A stretch of DNA of 64,000 nucleotides from a virus. Both the position numbers and the translations under genes were made by a program. Below are positions 26,422-35,940 of the stretch, piece after piece. A model generated the notes under the pieces. That model ran no database searches and was not told where the DNA came from. It saw only the letters and a list, made by a program, of their open reading frames with translations. Location of the stretch: IMG/VR virus record IMGVR_UViG_3300032116_000013, positions 1 to 64,000 of that record. One strand, written 5' to 3'. Each line of letters starts with the position of its first letter. Position 1 is the stretch's first letter.

Positions 26422-27365
26422 CGACATTTGTGACTGGCGGTTTGGGATTTATTGGTTCTAATTTTGTAATCTCTCACCTGAAAAAATATCCTAGCGATGA
26501 GATTGTCGTTCTTGACAATCAGTCATACGCTGCTAACGGATCAAATCTAAACGGATACTACGACGATTGGCGACTTACCGTCAAGAAAGTCGACATTCGC
26601 AATCTAGATTCACTGGATGGGATCTATCACACCTATGAACCAGACATTACGTTTCATTTTGCTGCTGAGTCTCACGTTGACAATTCTATTCGTGGTGACG
26701 ATGATTTCCTCAGCACTAATATTAATGGCACTCACAACATTCTAAAGTGCATTCGCAAGTATGGCGGCAAGTTAGTCCATGTTTCGACTGATGAGGTCTA
26801 TGGAAGTCTTGGTCCTAATGATCCTGAGTTTAGTGAAACAACTCCATATGATCCTCGCAATCCATACTCAGCAACCAAAGCAGCCAGCGACCATTTGGTT
26901 CGTGCTTATGTAAACACACATAAGATTGACGCGGTTGTGACTAATTGTTCGAATAACTACGGTCCTCGTCAGCACAACGAAAAGTTTATTCCAACGATTA
27001 TTCGCCACATCAAAAACAATACACCAATCCCTGTTTATGGGCAGGGCATCAACGTTCGCGATTGGTTGTTTGTCGAAGATCACTGCGAGGCTTTGTTGAC
27101 GATCGGTCAGAATTTCAAATCTGGCGAGCGATACAATATCGGTGGTGGAGTTGAATTGACAAACATTCAAATGATCAAATTGATTCTTGAGATTATGGGT
27201 AAGGATGTCAATCGTTATACTGATTGGTTAAATTTCGTGACAGACAGAAAGGGTCACGATATGCGTTATGCTATGAATGCTGAAAAGATTTACAATGAAC
27301 TTGGATGGAAAGCGAAAACTAATATTATACATGGTCTTGAAAAGACAGTGGAGTGGTACTTATGA
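26418..27365 (+). CDS. rmlB: dTDP-glucose 4,6-dehydratase
   Basis: TGGLGFIGSN, HFAAESHVDNSI, VSTDEVYG, YSATK, NNYGP, RKGHDMRY. Confidence 0.95.
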   Translation: MTTFVTGGLGFIGSNFVISHLKKYPSDEIVVLDNQSYAANGSNLNGYYDDWRLTVKKVDIRNLDSLDGIYHTYEPDITFHFAAESHVDNSIRGDDDFLSTNINGTHNILKCIRKYGGKLVHVSTDEVYGSLGPNDPEFSETTPYDPRNPYSATKAASDHLVRAYVNTHKIDAVVTNCSNNYGPRQHNEKFIPTIIRHIKNNTPIPVYGQGINVRDWLFVEDHCEALLTIGQNFKSGERYNIGGGVELTNIQMIKLILEIMGKDVNRYTDWLNFVTDRKGHDMRYAMNAEKIYNELGWKAKTNIIHGLEKTVEWYL

Positions 27366-28234
27366 GAAAGGGAATTATATTGAGTGGTGGGTTGGGAACT
27401 CGTCTCTATCCATGCACGAAAGTTGTATCCAAGCAACTATTGCCAGTTTATGACAAGCCGCTGGTATATTATCCATTGTCGACGCTGATGCTTGCTGGCA
27501 TTCGTGATATTATGATTATCACTTCACCTGCTGATAGAGCACCATTCGAGAATCTAATCGGTAATGGAAATCAGTGGGGTTTACAAATATCTTACGAAAC
27601 TCAGTTACAACCTAATGGTATTGCTGAGTGTTTTCTAATTGCTGAAAAGTGGATTGGGAAGAGCGACGTTGCTTTGATTCTTGGCGATAACATTTTTTAT
27701 GGAAATGATCTAATCAATCGTTTCAATTTCGCACAGAGTAATCCTGGCTGTACATTGTTTGCCTATCATGTACATGATCCAGAACGATTCGGGGTTTTGA
27801 AACTTGATGAGAATGGCGACCCCGTAGACATTATTGAAAAGCCAGAAGTTGCTCCAAGTAACTATGCCGTTACTGGATTGTATTTCTATGACAACAAGGT
27901 TGTTGAGTATGCAAAACAACTCAAGCCATCTGCTCGTGGTGAGTTGGAAATTACTGATCTGAATCGAATGTATCTAGAACAGAATCAGGTCAACGTTGAG
28001 TATCTAAACCGTGGTATTGCTTGGATTGATACAGGTACGTTTGAATCATTGGCTGAGGCGTCAACGTTCGTCGGTTCAGTCCAGCGTAGAACTGGAACGA
28101 TGATTGCTTGCCCTGAAGAAATTGCATATCGTAATGAATGGATTTCTGCATGGGATCTTGAATATGCGGCGAATAAGTATAAGAAGTCGGATTATGGTAA
28201 GTATCTAAACAAAATTTTGACAATGAGGGTTTAA
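27362..28234 (+). CDS. rmlA: glucose-1-phosphate thymidylyltransferase
   Basis: GIILSGGLGTRLYP, KQLLPVYDKP, LGDNIFYG, PSARGELEIT, WIDTGT. Confidence 0.96.
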   Translation: MRKGIILSGGLGTRLYPCTKVVSKQLLPVYDKPLVYYPLSTLMLAGIRDIMIITSPADRAPFENLIGNGNQWGLQISYETQLQPNGIAECFLIAEKWIGKSDVALILGDNIFYGNDLINRFNFAQSNPGCTLFAYHVHDPERFGVLKLDENGDPVDIIEKPEVAPSNYAVTGLYFYDNKVVEYAKQLKPSARGELEITDLNRMYLEQNQVNVEYLNRGIAWIDTGTFESLAEASTFVGSVQRRTGTMIACPEEIAYRNEWISAWDLEYAANKYKKSDYGKYLNKILTMRV

Positions 28235-28236
28235 TT

Positions 28237-29028
28237 ATGATTATGCATTTTCTAGTAGTTGGTCGTGGTTGGACAGGTAAAAAGGTATTCGACAATTTGG
28301 TGGAGCGTGGATTTGTCGTAACAATGGCATCCCACAATTCTGCAATCAGTGCTTTACACAAAAACCGTTATGATTGGGTGGTAAATTGCGCTGGCGTAAC
28401 TGGAACTCCAAACGTGGATGCTTGTGAATTGGATAAGCAGAATACAGTTTACGGGAACGCAATTTATCCAGGACTTTTGTATGCCGCTGCTGAGGAAAAT
28501 GGCGTCAGAATGTCGCATTTTTCAAGCGGTTGTATCTATACAGGCGATATTCAAACCGTAGATGCCCCACCAAACTTCTTTGGCAGCACCTATTCAGTTG
28601 CAAAGGGCGTTTCAGACGTATACTTGGGCGATAAGGCTCAGGTCTATCGTATTCGTATGCCATTTACGGGTAAGGTTGAGCCAAAAAACTACCTATACAA
28701 GGTCTACAACTACGCCAAAAACGCAAAATTGATCGATGCAGGTCAAAATTCTTTGACAGATCTTGATGAAGCGGTCAATGTAGCCTGCGATTTGATGTTG
28801 GATGAGGCTCCAGATGGGTATTATAACCTAGTCAACAAGGGTTCTGTGAACATGCATGAACTCGCTGAGATTATGGGTATCCAGCCTCAGTGGTTTACGC
28901 CAGACGAATTCCGCGCTGCAACGGCGGCAGGTCGTTCTACTTGCACCATTCCAGCATATGACGCAATGTCAGATGTTCGTGATGCTCTTGTAAATGCTGT
29001 GAGTACAATGAAACCTAATCTATACTAA
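28237..29028 (+). CDS. NDP-4-keto-6-deoxyglucose 3,5-epimerase/4-reductase (RmlD-like, NRS/ER type)
   Basis: VGRGWTG, NCAGVTGTPNVDACE, SSGCIY, YSVAK, RIRMP. Confidence 0.8.
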   Translation: MIMHFLVVGRGWTGKKVFDNLVERGFVVTMASHNSAISALHKNRYDWVVNCAGVTGTPNVDACELDKQNTVYGNAIYPGLLYAAAEENGVRMSHFSSGCIYTGDIQTVDAPPNFFGSTYSVAKGVSDVYLGDKAQVYRIRMPFTGKVEPKNYLYKVYNYAKNAKLIDAGQNSLTDLDEAVNVACDLMLDEAPDGYYNLVNKGSVNMHELAEIMGIQPQWFTPDEFRAATAAGRSTCTIPAYDAMSDVRDALVNAVSTMKPNLY

Positions 29029-29031
29029 ATA
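29024..29031 (+). promoter_or_regulatory. late promoter
   Basis: ACTAAATA 30 nt before ORF 29062. Confidence 0.6.
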
Positions 29032-29061
29032 GATAATATTCTCCCACAGCGTGGAAGGGCA

Positions 29062-30201
29062 ATGCAACGATTTCGACTATTCGTAGAATCATTTCTATCA
29101 GAAGCCAAAGAAGCAGTTGGCATTCAGCACATAGAGCACCCTTCCGATCTGACGTTTGATGGTCCGAAACCCGCGCAACATGCTCTGACTACACTCAGGG
29201 GTGTTGCGATGGGTCGTACCCCAGCCACTCGTAAAATTGACGACAGAATGTCATTTCAAATCAAAAGAGATGACACAGGCAAAGTCGGAGTAAAGTATAA
29301 AGGCGCTGGTTCAAGTTATAATTATTCTAATGATGACATTGAACGTCAGCATGGACACAAGCCTTATCTAGCAAGTCCATTAAAGACTATTCTTGCACAC
29401 GCTCATAAAATTCTTCCTAATAGATCTGGAGAATGGCAGGGTGGGTTTATGTCCACACCTGAAACTCGTGAAGAAAAGGGTGGTCGTATTGGACACACAC
29501 CTAATACAGTCTCATATTCAGTCCCTAAAGATTCTTCAGAAGGCAAAAAACTTGCTAAATCTAGAGTCAGTATAGCACTTCATACTGAACTCAAAGGACC
29601 AAAGCGTAAGGCGACGCCTGTTATTGATCAGTCAGAATTCCGTTCTCACCCAGATGTGCATTTGGTTGATCACTCAGTTTCAAAAGAACAACAAAAAATT
29701 CCTGCTGCAGCAAAAAAGAAAGTCCTAGAACATATTTCTGCTGCTCAGTCTCTAATGAAAAACCATGACTATGGTCATTTAGCAGGTCATGAAACACACT
29801 TAAGAACTTATATAAACTCAACTCTTGATACTGGCGAAAAGCCAAGCGTCGAAGGTTATAAGAAACACCTCGGCGGAAGATTACAAAAAGAAATCGACAA
29901 AGTAAAAACTGAGAAGGCTAAGAATCAAAAAGCAGCGCAGCGCGATGCTCACATGGCTCACATTGATAATAACAAAGAAGCCTTCAATCGCTCATTTGAA
30001 ATTCATCACCACGTTCAGCAAGCAACTAACGCTCTTGCAGATGCTCTAAATAAAACTGCGCATGGCGGTGTCAAAACTGAAATCGCAGGAAAAGAATCAG
30101 GCGGCGAAGGGTTTGTTTCTAAGGGAATTAAACTTGTAAATCGCTTAGAATTTAGTAAAGCAAATCGTGCAAGAAGCGCACTATTAAGAGCAAAAATATG
30201 A
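29062..30201 (+). CDS. conserved T4-like protein (HIEHP motif) preceding cytidylyltransferase
   Basis: IQHIEHP..., KIDD, EGFV; same position as in aquatic T4-like phages. Confidence 0.7.
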   Translation: MQRFRLFVESFLSEAKEAVGIQHIEHPSDLTFDGPKPAQHALTTLRGVAMGRTPATRKIDDRMSFQIKRDDTGKVGVKYKGAGSSYNYSNDDIERQHGHKPYLASPLKTILAHAHKILPNRSGEWQGGFMSTPETREEKGGRIGHTPNTVSYSVPKDSSEGKKLAKSRVSIALHTELKGPKRKATPVIDQSEFRSHPDVHLVDHSVSKEQQKIPAAAKKKVLEHISAAQSLMKNHDYGHLAGHETHLRTYINSTLDTGEKPSVEGYKKHLGGRLQKEIDKVKTEKAKNQKAAQRDAHMAHIDNNKEAFNRSFEIHHHVQQATNALADALNKTAHGGVKTEIAGKESGGEGFVSKGIKLVNRLEFSKANRARSALLRAKI

Positions 30202-32804
30202 GTAAAGCAACATTTACCTTTGGCAGGTTCAATCCTCCTACCGAACAGGGTCATGGTAAACTGGTAAAGGCAGTTCAGGATCACGCCGAATCAACTGGTG
30301 GAACTCATTATATTTTTCCTACTCGTACGCAAGATCCTAAGAAAAATCCAATGTCGCATGAGGAAAAAGTGGGCGCTATGCGCAAATTGTTTCCTGAGGC
30401 AAATGTTATTTCTCACGAAAAAGTTAGAACAGCAATTGATGCGATGAAACACCTAGAATCAAAAGGTCATACTCATGTGACAATGATTGTTGGTTCTGAT
30501 CGCGTTGCTGAGTTTCAGGGATTGCTAACGAAATATCGTAAAAAAGAATTTCCTGGAATTAAAAAAGTGGAAGTTAAGTCAGCAGGACATCGCGATCCAG
30601 ATGCCGAAGGCGCAGAAGGAATGTCAGCATCTAAACTTCGCGGTCTAGTTGCTGCTGGAAAGAAAGATGAGTTCGTCTCACACTACAGTGATAAAAAACT
30701 TGGCAAACAAATACACGACACAGTAAAAGCGGGAATGCAAATGGAATCAATCAATCCTATTGGAATCTTCTTACTTGGTGCACCTGGTAGCGGAAAAGAC
30801 TATGTTTTGAATAACATCTTTTCACGCTTTGATCTCACAGAGGTACAGGCTGATCAAATTCTAAATCAATCAGCAAATGAATTGTATGAGAGCAAAACTA
30901 ATCTCGTCATTAATGGCGCATTAGATGAATCGCGAATTGCTAAGATTCAAGACATGTTGCATGAGCACGGATACACCTACGATTTCGTTTACGTTTCTGT
31001 TACCAATAAAGTCTCACGTCTACGCAATGAACAACGCGAGAATCCTATTCAAGAAAACAAGCGTATTGATAAATTCCTAAAGACAGAAAAACTTGCTGCG
31101 TTTGTTGAGGCACATGTATTCAATAACTCAATCAATCTAAACGAATCTTCAGAAATGGAGAAAGTTTTCTTTGCTAGCGAAATTCAGAAACTCCTAGAAA
31201 GAGTTATCTCTCTAGGTTTAGAAATGAAAGAAATTGAAAAAAAAGATGAACCTAGACCAAAATCGCTAACTGAAATTAAAAAGGCTACTGGCGATCTAAA
31301 AAATGCATGCTGGAAGGGTTATACCGCAATCGGCATGAAAACTAAGAATGGGAAAAAAGTTCCTAATTGCGTTCCAGTAAAAGAGGAAGAAGAACTTCAA
31401 GAAGAACTACCAAAAAAACTTCGCAGACTACCTAGAAAGGGTAATAGAACAAAAGTATTGGCAGCAAGAGAAAACAATATTTCTGAAATGCAATTAGTAG
31501 GAACTGATGAGTATAAAAAACATGCTATTGCTATGACTCCTGGTCAAGAGCAAGAAATTGAAACTCCATTAGAAACAGATTGCGGATGCGGCGGCGATTG
31601 TCAGTGTAATGAAACTGCTGCTTATGCCAAAAAAGATTTTAGAAGTTTAAGAAAAGAAACTGTTGATGGAGTAGATGTCACTCCGACGCTAAAACCAAAA
31701 AAAACAAAATCTAAGCCACCTTCTCCAGACAGATTAAACATGACAGTGGATGGATTGCCAATCACTTCTGTTTTTACGAGAGAAGAAAAACTTAGAGAAG
31801 CCGTTGAGTACCATCTCGAGAATAAGATTTCGTTCACTGAAAACGTCTTCCGTCCAGGATCAGATATGTTCTTTGAGATGATAAACGAAGCCAAGCGTCT
31901 ATATGCAGAAGGACAATATACTCCTGCTGATGAATGGGAAGCCGATATGCTCAATTCAGACATCGGTGAAACGGCAATCTACGAAGGTCGGGAAGTGATT
32001 CTTGACTATCCATTCGAAGAAGATATGGAACAAATTGATGAGGTGTTCAACACAGTTTATCCACACACATATCACGGGACTTTACGCCCAGAAGACCCTA
32101 AAAGCGAAAATGGACCTGAACACCTGTACACATTCCGAATCCCAGGAAAAGGAAATCTACAACATACTTATTCTGTCTCAATTAATCGCTTTCAAGGTAA
32201 AAAGGGCAGTTTATCGTTCGGGTATCACGGAAAAAAACCTGCAGATTTTGTCCCAGTAGGTAAACATGGAGACAGAAAATATTTTGAAGCAGGGGAACAT
32301 GAAATTACTGGCGAAGGTGGTGGAAAGGCTTCTTCAATCATCTCAACAGTTAAGTCTATTGCACAAAAACACGCGAAAAAACACGGTTTAAAAACAATGG
32401 TATTTGCTGGCAGCAGCGATGAGCCATCGAGATCTAAACTCTACAATAGAATTGTAAATCGAATGGGCGGTAAAGAACACAGATCTGACGATGATGAGTT
32501 TGATCCGTATAGAGAGTATTCGGTTCCTATGAAAGAAGAATCCGACCCAACAGATGGTAAAGGTATCGGCAAGCCATGGCGCGAAGGCGGCGGCGGTGCG
32601 GTTTATGTCCGTACAGGCGATGGTGGCGTAAAGAAGGTTCGCTTCAGTCAATCTGGAATGGCTAAGAAATTTAATGATCCAGCCAGAGTTCGTTCTTTCG
32701 TCGCTCGTCATCGCTGCTTGACCAACAAGGATAAGACCTCGGCTTCGTACTGGGCTTGCAGATGGCCAAGATTCTTTAGCAACTCTGGGAAGACTTGGTG
32801 GTAA
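30198..32804 (+). CDS. multidomain cytidylyltransferase-fold + P-loop kinase + accessory-domain protein
   Basis: TFGRFNPPTEQGH, VGSDRV, MSASKLR; GAPGSGKD; CWKGY...VPNCVP; C-terminal SFVARHRC...YWACRW. Confidence 0.8.
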   Translation: MSKATFTFGRFNPPTEQGHGKLVKAVQDHAESTGGTHYIFPTRTQDPKKNPMSHEEKVGAMRKLFPEANVISHEKVRTAIDAMKHLESKGHTHVTMIVGSDRVAEFQGLLTKYRKKEFPGIKKVEVKSAGHRDPDAEGAEGMSASKLRGLVAAGKKDEFVSHYSDKKLGKQIHDTVKAGMQMESINPIGIFLLGAPGSGKDYVLNNIFSRFDLTEVQADQILNQSANELYESKTNLVINGALDESRIAKIQDMLHEHGYTYDFVYVSVTNKVSRLRNEQRENPIQENKRIDKFLKTEKLAAFVEAHVFNNSINLNESSEMEKVFFASEIQKLLERVISLGLEMKEIEKKDEPRPKSLTEIKKATGDLKNACWKGYTAIGMKTKNGKKVPNCVPVKEEEELQEELPKKLRRLPRKGNRTKVLAARENNISEMQLVGTDEYKKHAIAMTPGQEQEIETPLETDCGCGGDCQCNETAAYAKKDFRSLRKETVDGVDVTPTLKPKKTKSKPPSPDRLNMTVDGLPITSVFTREEKLREAVEYHLENKISFTENVFRPGSDMFFEMINEAKRLYAEGQYTPADEWEADMLNSDIGETAIYEGREVILDYPFEEDMEQIDEVFNTVYPHTYHGTLRPEDPKSENGPEHLYTFRIPGKGNLQHTYSVSINRFQGKKGSLSFGYHGKKPADFVPVGKHGDRKYFEAGEHEITGEGGGKASSIISTVKSIAQKHAKKHGLKTMVFAGSSDEPSRSKLYNRIVNRMGGKEHRSDDDEFDPYREYSVPMKEESDPTDGKGIGKPWREGGGGAVYVRTGDGGVKKVRFSQSGMAKKFNDPARVRSFVARHRCLTNKDKTSASYWACRWPRFFSNSGKTWW

Positions 32805-33073
32805 TGGTGTCAGCATATACCGACGAAAAACTAAATAATAAAACGTTCTTCAGAACATTCTCGAAGGACGTTTTGAACGAAGAATTAGTATGGCATCGCG
32901 ATAAAAATAATAGAATTGTGACTGTTTTGGAAGGAGAAGGCTGGGAAATTCAGTTCGAAGATGACCTTCCAGAGCCTTTGATAGTTGGGAAAGAGTATGT
33001 GATTCCGTCATATACCTTCCATAGAATAAAGCGCGGAACAACGGATTTAAAACTACAGATTAGCGAGTATTAA
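32804..33073 (+). CDS. cupin-like T4-family hypothetical protein
   Basis: ELVWHRD...VLEGEGW...IP...FHRIKRG. Confidence 0.7.
   Translation: MVSAYTDEKLNNKTFFRTFSKDVLNEELVWHRDKNNRIVTVLEGEGWEIQFEDDLPEPLIVGKEYVIPSYTFHRIKRGTTDLKLQISEY
32830..32837 (+). promoter_or_regulatory. late promoter upstream of polyprotein gene
   Basis: ACTAAATA. Confidence 0.45.
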
Positions 33074-33074
33074 C

Positions 33075-35108
33075 ATGGCAGATCCAACAAAAGCATGGGA
33101 TAAAGCATTTACTTCTGGTTCAAAAGTAATGCAAGACAGACTAAAGAAAGTTCATGCTAAGAATCCAGCATTTCAATCATGGCTCAAGTCAAGCGGTCAT
33201 GGGGCTGGAGAAAGCGTCAAGCAAGCATCCAAAGAAGTCAAGCCAACTGTAAGAGCAAAGCAACTTGCAGCAGCAAGCGCAACTGCCTATGGTGCTACGA
33301 AGGGTCTTGCCGTTGGCGGAGAACATGGTGGTGCTGGAGTTTCTCAGAAAGCCGACAAGGGCAGAGTTTGGTCGCCAGATGAAGTTGCTGCATTGAACAA
33401 ACAACGCGGAACTGAGCCAGTTCAACTCACTCCTGCACAAATGAGAATGGCAGCAATCAAGGCTGCTGCTGAGAAGTCGGTTGCCAAAAAAGCAAAAAGT
33501 TTTGATGTTCCAACTCTACAGCGTCAACACGATGACTTGCGCGATGTCCATGACAGCCTACATTCCAAGGTGACCAGATCATCGATGGATGAAGAAGTCG
33601 AACTCGATGAAATGGATAAATCTCAACCATCTTCAAGTCGTGGTGCTGAAGGATTAGCATTAGGAAAAAAAGCGAATCCAGTTAAACGCGATAAAGTTAA
33701 ATCAGGTGCATTGAAAATATTGCAAAAACAATATAAAAAAGTAAAAGAAGAAGTCGAACAGATTGATGAATTAAAAAAGAAAACTCTGCAATCATACAAG
33801 TCAAAGGCTCAGAATGAAATTGAGTCTATGGCAAAAGATTTGAGAGGTAAAGAATATCAAACAGTAAACCCGCAAAAGATAAAAAACAGAGCATCGGGTA
33901 TAAAACTCGCGACAGCAAAACTTAAAAAAGAAGAAGTAGAACTCGAAGAAGGCAAAATTGCAAAGGCACTCGCAGTTGGTGCAATGTCATTGGCTTCAAT
34001 GGGAGCAAAAGCACACACTGATACAACAAAGTCAGTTGCTCAACTTGCCGCTGAACGTCCAGCATTGGCTCAGCGTCTACAGGACATTGGTGCAACGGGT
34101 CAAGTTCCAGCATCCGATGTTCGTGCTGCAGAGTTGCAAAGAAAACAAGATCAAGAAATGCCAGCATCAGAACGTCGTGCGAAAGAGTTGAAGAAAGAAG
34201 AAGTCGAGCAGATTGACGAAGCCAACATGCGCTTCGATTATGAAGCAGCCGCTCGCCCAAAATCATCTGATGTAAAAAACTTCTTAAATCGCAATAAAAA
34301 TCGTCGCGCGGCTGCTGCTACAAAAAAATATATTCGCCGCATGACAAAACTTGGCGGTCTTGGTCCAAATCAAACCAAGAAAGACACCGAAGCGCACATG
34401 AAGGCTTATTTTGAAGAAGTCGAGCAGATTGATGAAGTTACTAAACAGGAAGCCGAGGCAGCGCTCGGTGGTCCAGTCAAGGAGAAGCCAACTATGCCAC
34501 CAGGAAAACAACCAGCGGGTCATCGCTATGTCCGTAATCTTGCTAGAAGAGCAATGAAGGCTGGACTCAAAAAAGAAGAAGCCGAGCAGGTTGATGAACG
34601 TAATTTAGAAAATAAAAAGAAAAAAGACAATTGGGTTCGTGCTAAGGGCGTCGAAGCAGCAATCAAAGGCAAGGTGCCATTCGACAGAGGACATTCACCA
34701 TTGCGCTCTGGTCGCGAAGTTTTAGCCAGGGAAGATATAATGAACGAAGAACCAAAAGACGCTGCAGATGCAGGCGAGTATGACTACGAAGGTGATATGG
34801 CAAAGTCTCAACTTCGCAGCATTATGCATAACGCCAAGCGCATGCATGATATGCTAGAAGATAATACCAACCTTCCAGAATGGGTGCAGAGCAAGATTAC
34901 TCTAGCCGAAGATTACATCTCGACTACTGCAAATTATATGCAAGGCGAGATGAATGAAGAGTCTGAAATCTCAGAAGAAGGTAAAATTGCTGTGACACCT
35001 AGCGAAAAATCTCTCGCTAAATATCATGGCAACCCTAACAAAATTACTTATGGCGACGTGATTAAAGCCCGTATCAGATCTGCCGCTAAAAAAGCAATAG
35101 AAGGTTAA
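33075..35108 (+). CDS. modular polyprotein of basic units joined by acidic EEVEQIDE-type linkers (predicted internal head protein)
   Basis: eight acidic linkers ending in hydrophobic-X-E. Confidence 0.75.
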   Translation: MADPTKAWDKAFTSGSKVMQDRLKKVHAKNPAFQSWLKSSGHGAGESVKQASKEVKPTVRAKQLAAASATAYGATKGLAVGGEHGGAGVSQKADKGRVWSPDEVAALNKQRGTEPVQLTPAQMRMAAIKAAAEKSVAKKAKSFDVPTLQRQHDDLRDVHDSLHSKVTRSSMDEEVELDEMDKSQPSSSRGAEGLALGKKANPVKRDKVKSGALKILQKQYKKVKEEVEQIDELKKKTLQSYKSKAQNEIESMAKDLRGKEYQTVNPQKIKNRASGIKLATAKLKKEEVELEEGKIAKALAVGAMSLASMGAKAHTDTTKSVAQLAAERPALAQRLQDIGATGQVPASDVRAAELQRKQDQEMPASERRAKELKKEEVEQIDEANMRFDYEAAARPKSSDVKNFLNRNKNRRAAAATKKYIRRMTKLGGLGPNQTKKDTEAHMKAYFEEVEQIDEVTKQEAEAALGGPVKEKPTMPPGKQPAGHRYVRNLARRAMKAGLKKEEAEQVDERNLENKKKKDNWVRAKGVEAAIKGKVPFDRGHSPLRSGREVLAREDIMNEEPKDAADAGEYDYEGDMAKSQLRSIMHNAKRMHDMLEDNTNLPEWVQSKITLAEDYISTTANYMQGEMNEESEISEEGKIAVTPSEKSLAKYHGNPNKITYGDVIKARIRSAAKKAIEG

Positions 35109-35634
35109 TAAAATGAAGTATCAAGTACAAATCAAATATACAAACCCTGCTCATGAGCACGTTTCATTACGTCGTCGTGTTGATACAGTTACTCGTCTAG
35201 TAGAGGCTAAAAGCGAACAAGAAGCCTTGAATCGTGCTGCAAATCAGCAACGCGCTCTTGGCTTTATGATCAAAGAAGCCTCAGTTGTCAAGTCTAAGGT
35301 GATCAAAGAAGAAGCCGAGCAGATTGATGCAGCAAGTAACAAATACGAAGTCACAAAAACAAAGAGCCGCAAAATGCCAATGGAATTTGATTCAGAGGCA
35401 AAGATGCACCATTACGATGTGCATCATAATGATAAACGTGTTGGAACTTTAACGCATGACACCTATTTTGGTGGAACGAACGGAAAACTGCACGGAAAAG
35501 ATTTGCCTAATATTAGAAATTATGGTGATAATCCCCATAATCAACTGCATAATTTTTTGAAATCTAAAACTGGGCAAAAGTGGGCAGCCAATCTTCACAA
35601 ATATCAAAAAGAAGAAGTCGAGCAGGTAACTGAA
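33591..35634 (+). repeat. dispersed ~21-24 nt direct repeat GAAGAAGYCGARCAGRTTGAYGAA (8 copies)
   Basis: copies at 33591, 33747, 33930, 34197, 34413, 34575, 35308, 35611. Confidence 0.85.
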
Positions 35635-35940
35635 GCCGAACGCGAAGCAGGATACAAGATGTCACCTGCAGTTCGTAAGGCTCAGGCTGAATCTGACAAA
35701 CTTTCAAAAGTCGAAAAGCCAGCACAGGCTGGAACTCTTGCTGCGCAACGCGCTATACAACGTGCAATGGAACGCGAAATGAAACGTATGGGCGAAGAAA
35801 CCGTTAATACTAAAATAACAAAAGCAGTCAATCGAGTGGTAGAAGCAGCAAAAAATGCTCGTGGCAATAAACAACTAAACCCTAACAAGCCTGCAACTAA
35901 AATTAACACCAAACCTGAAATGGATGCAAACATAAAATGA
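35113..35940 (+). CDS. modular protein with EEAEQID/EEVEQVTE linkers
   Basis: same linker repeat as upstream gene. Confidence 0.7.
   Translation: MKYQVQIKYTNPAHEHVSLRRRVDTVTRLVEAKSEQEALNRAANQQRALGFMIKEASVVKSKVIKEEAEQIDAASNKYEVTKTKSRKMPMEFDSEAKMHHYDVHHNDKRVGTLTHDTYFGGTNGKLHGKDLPNIRNYGDNPHNQLHNFLKSKTGQKWAANLHKYQKEEVEQVTEAEREAGYKMSPAVRKAQAESDKLSKVEKPAQAGTLAAQRAIQRAMEREMKRMGEETVNTKITKAVNRVVEAAKNARGNKQLNPNKPATKINTKPEMDANIK

Noticed and set aside
33591-35634. CRISPR array
   Set aside because: Repeats are in-frame coding, degenerate and irregularly spaced (about 135-710 nt apart); no cas genes
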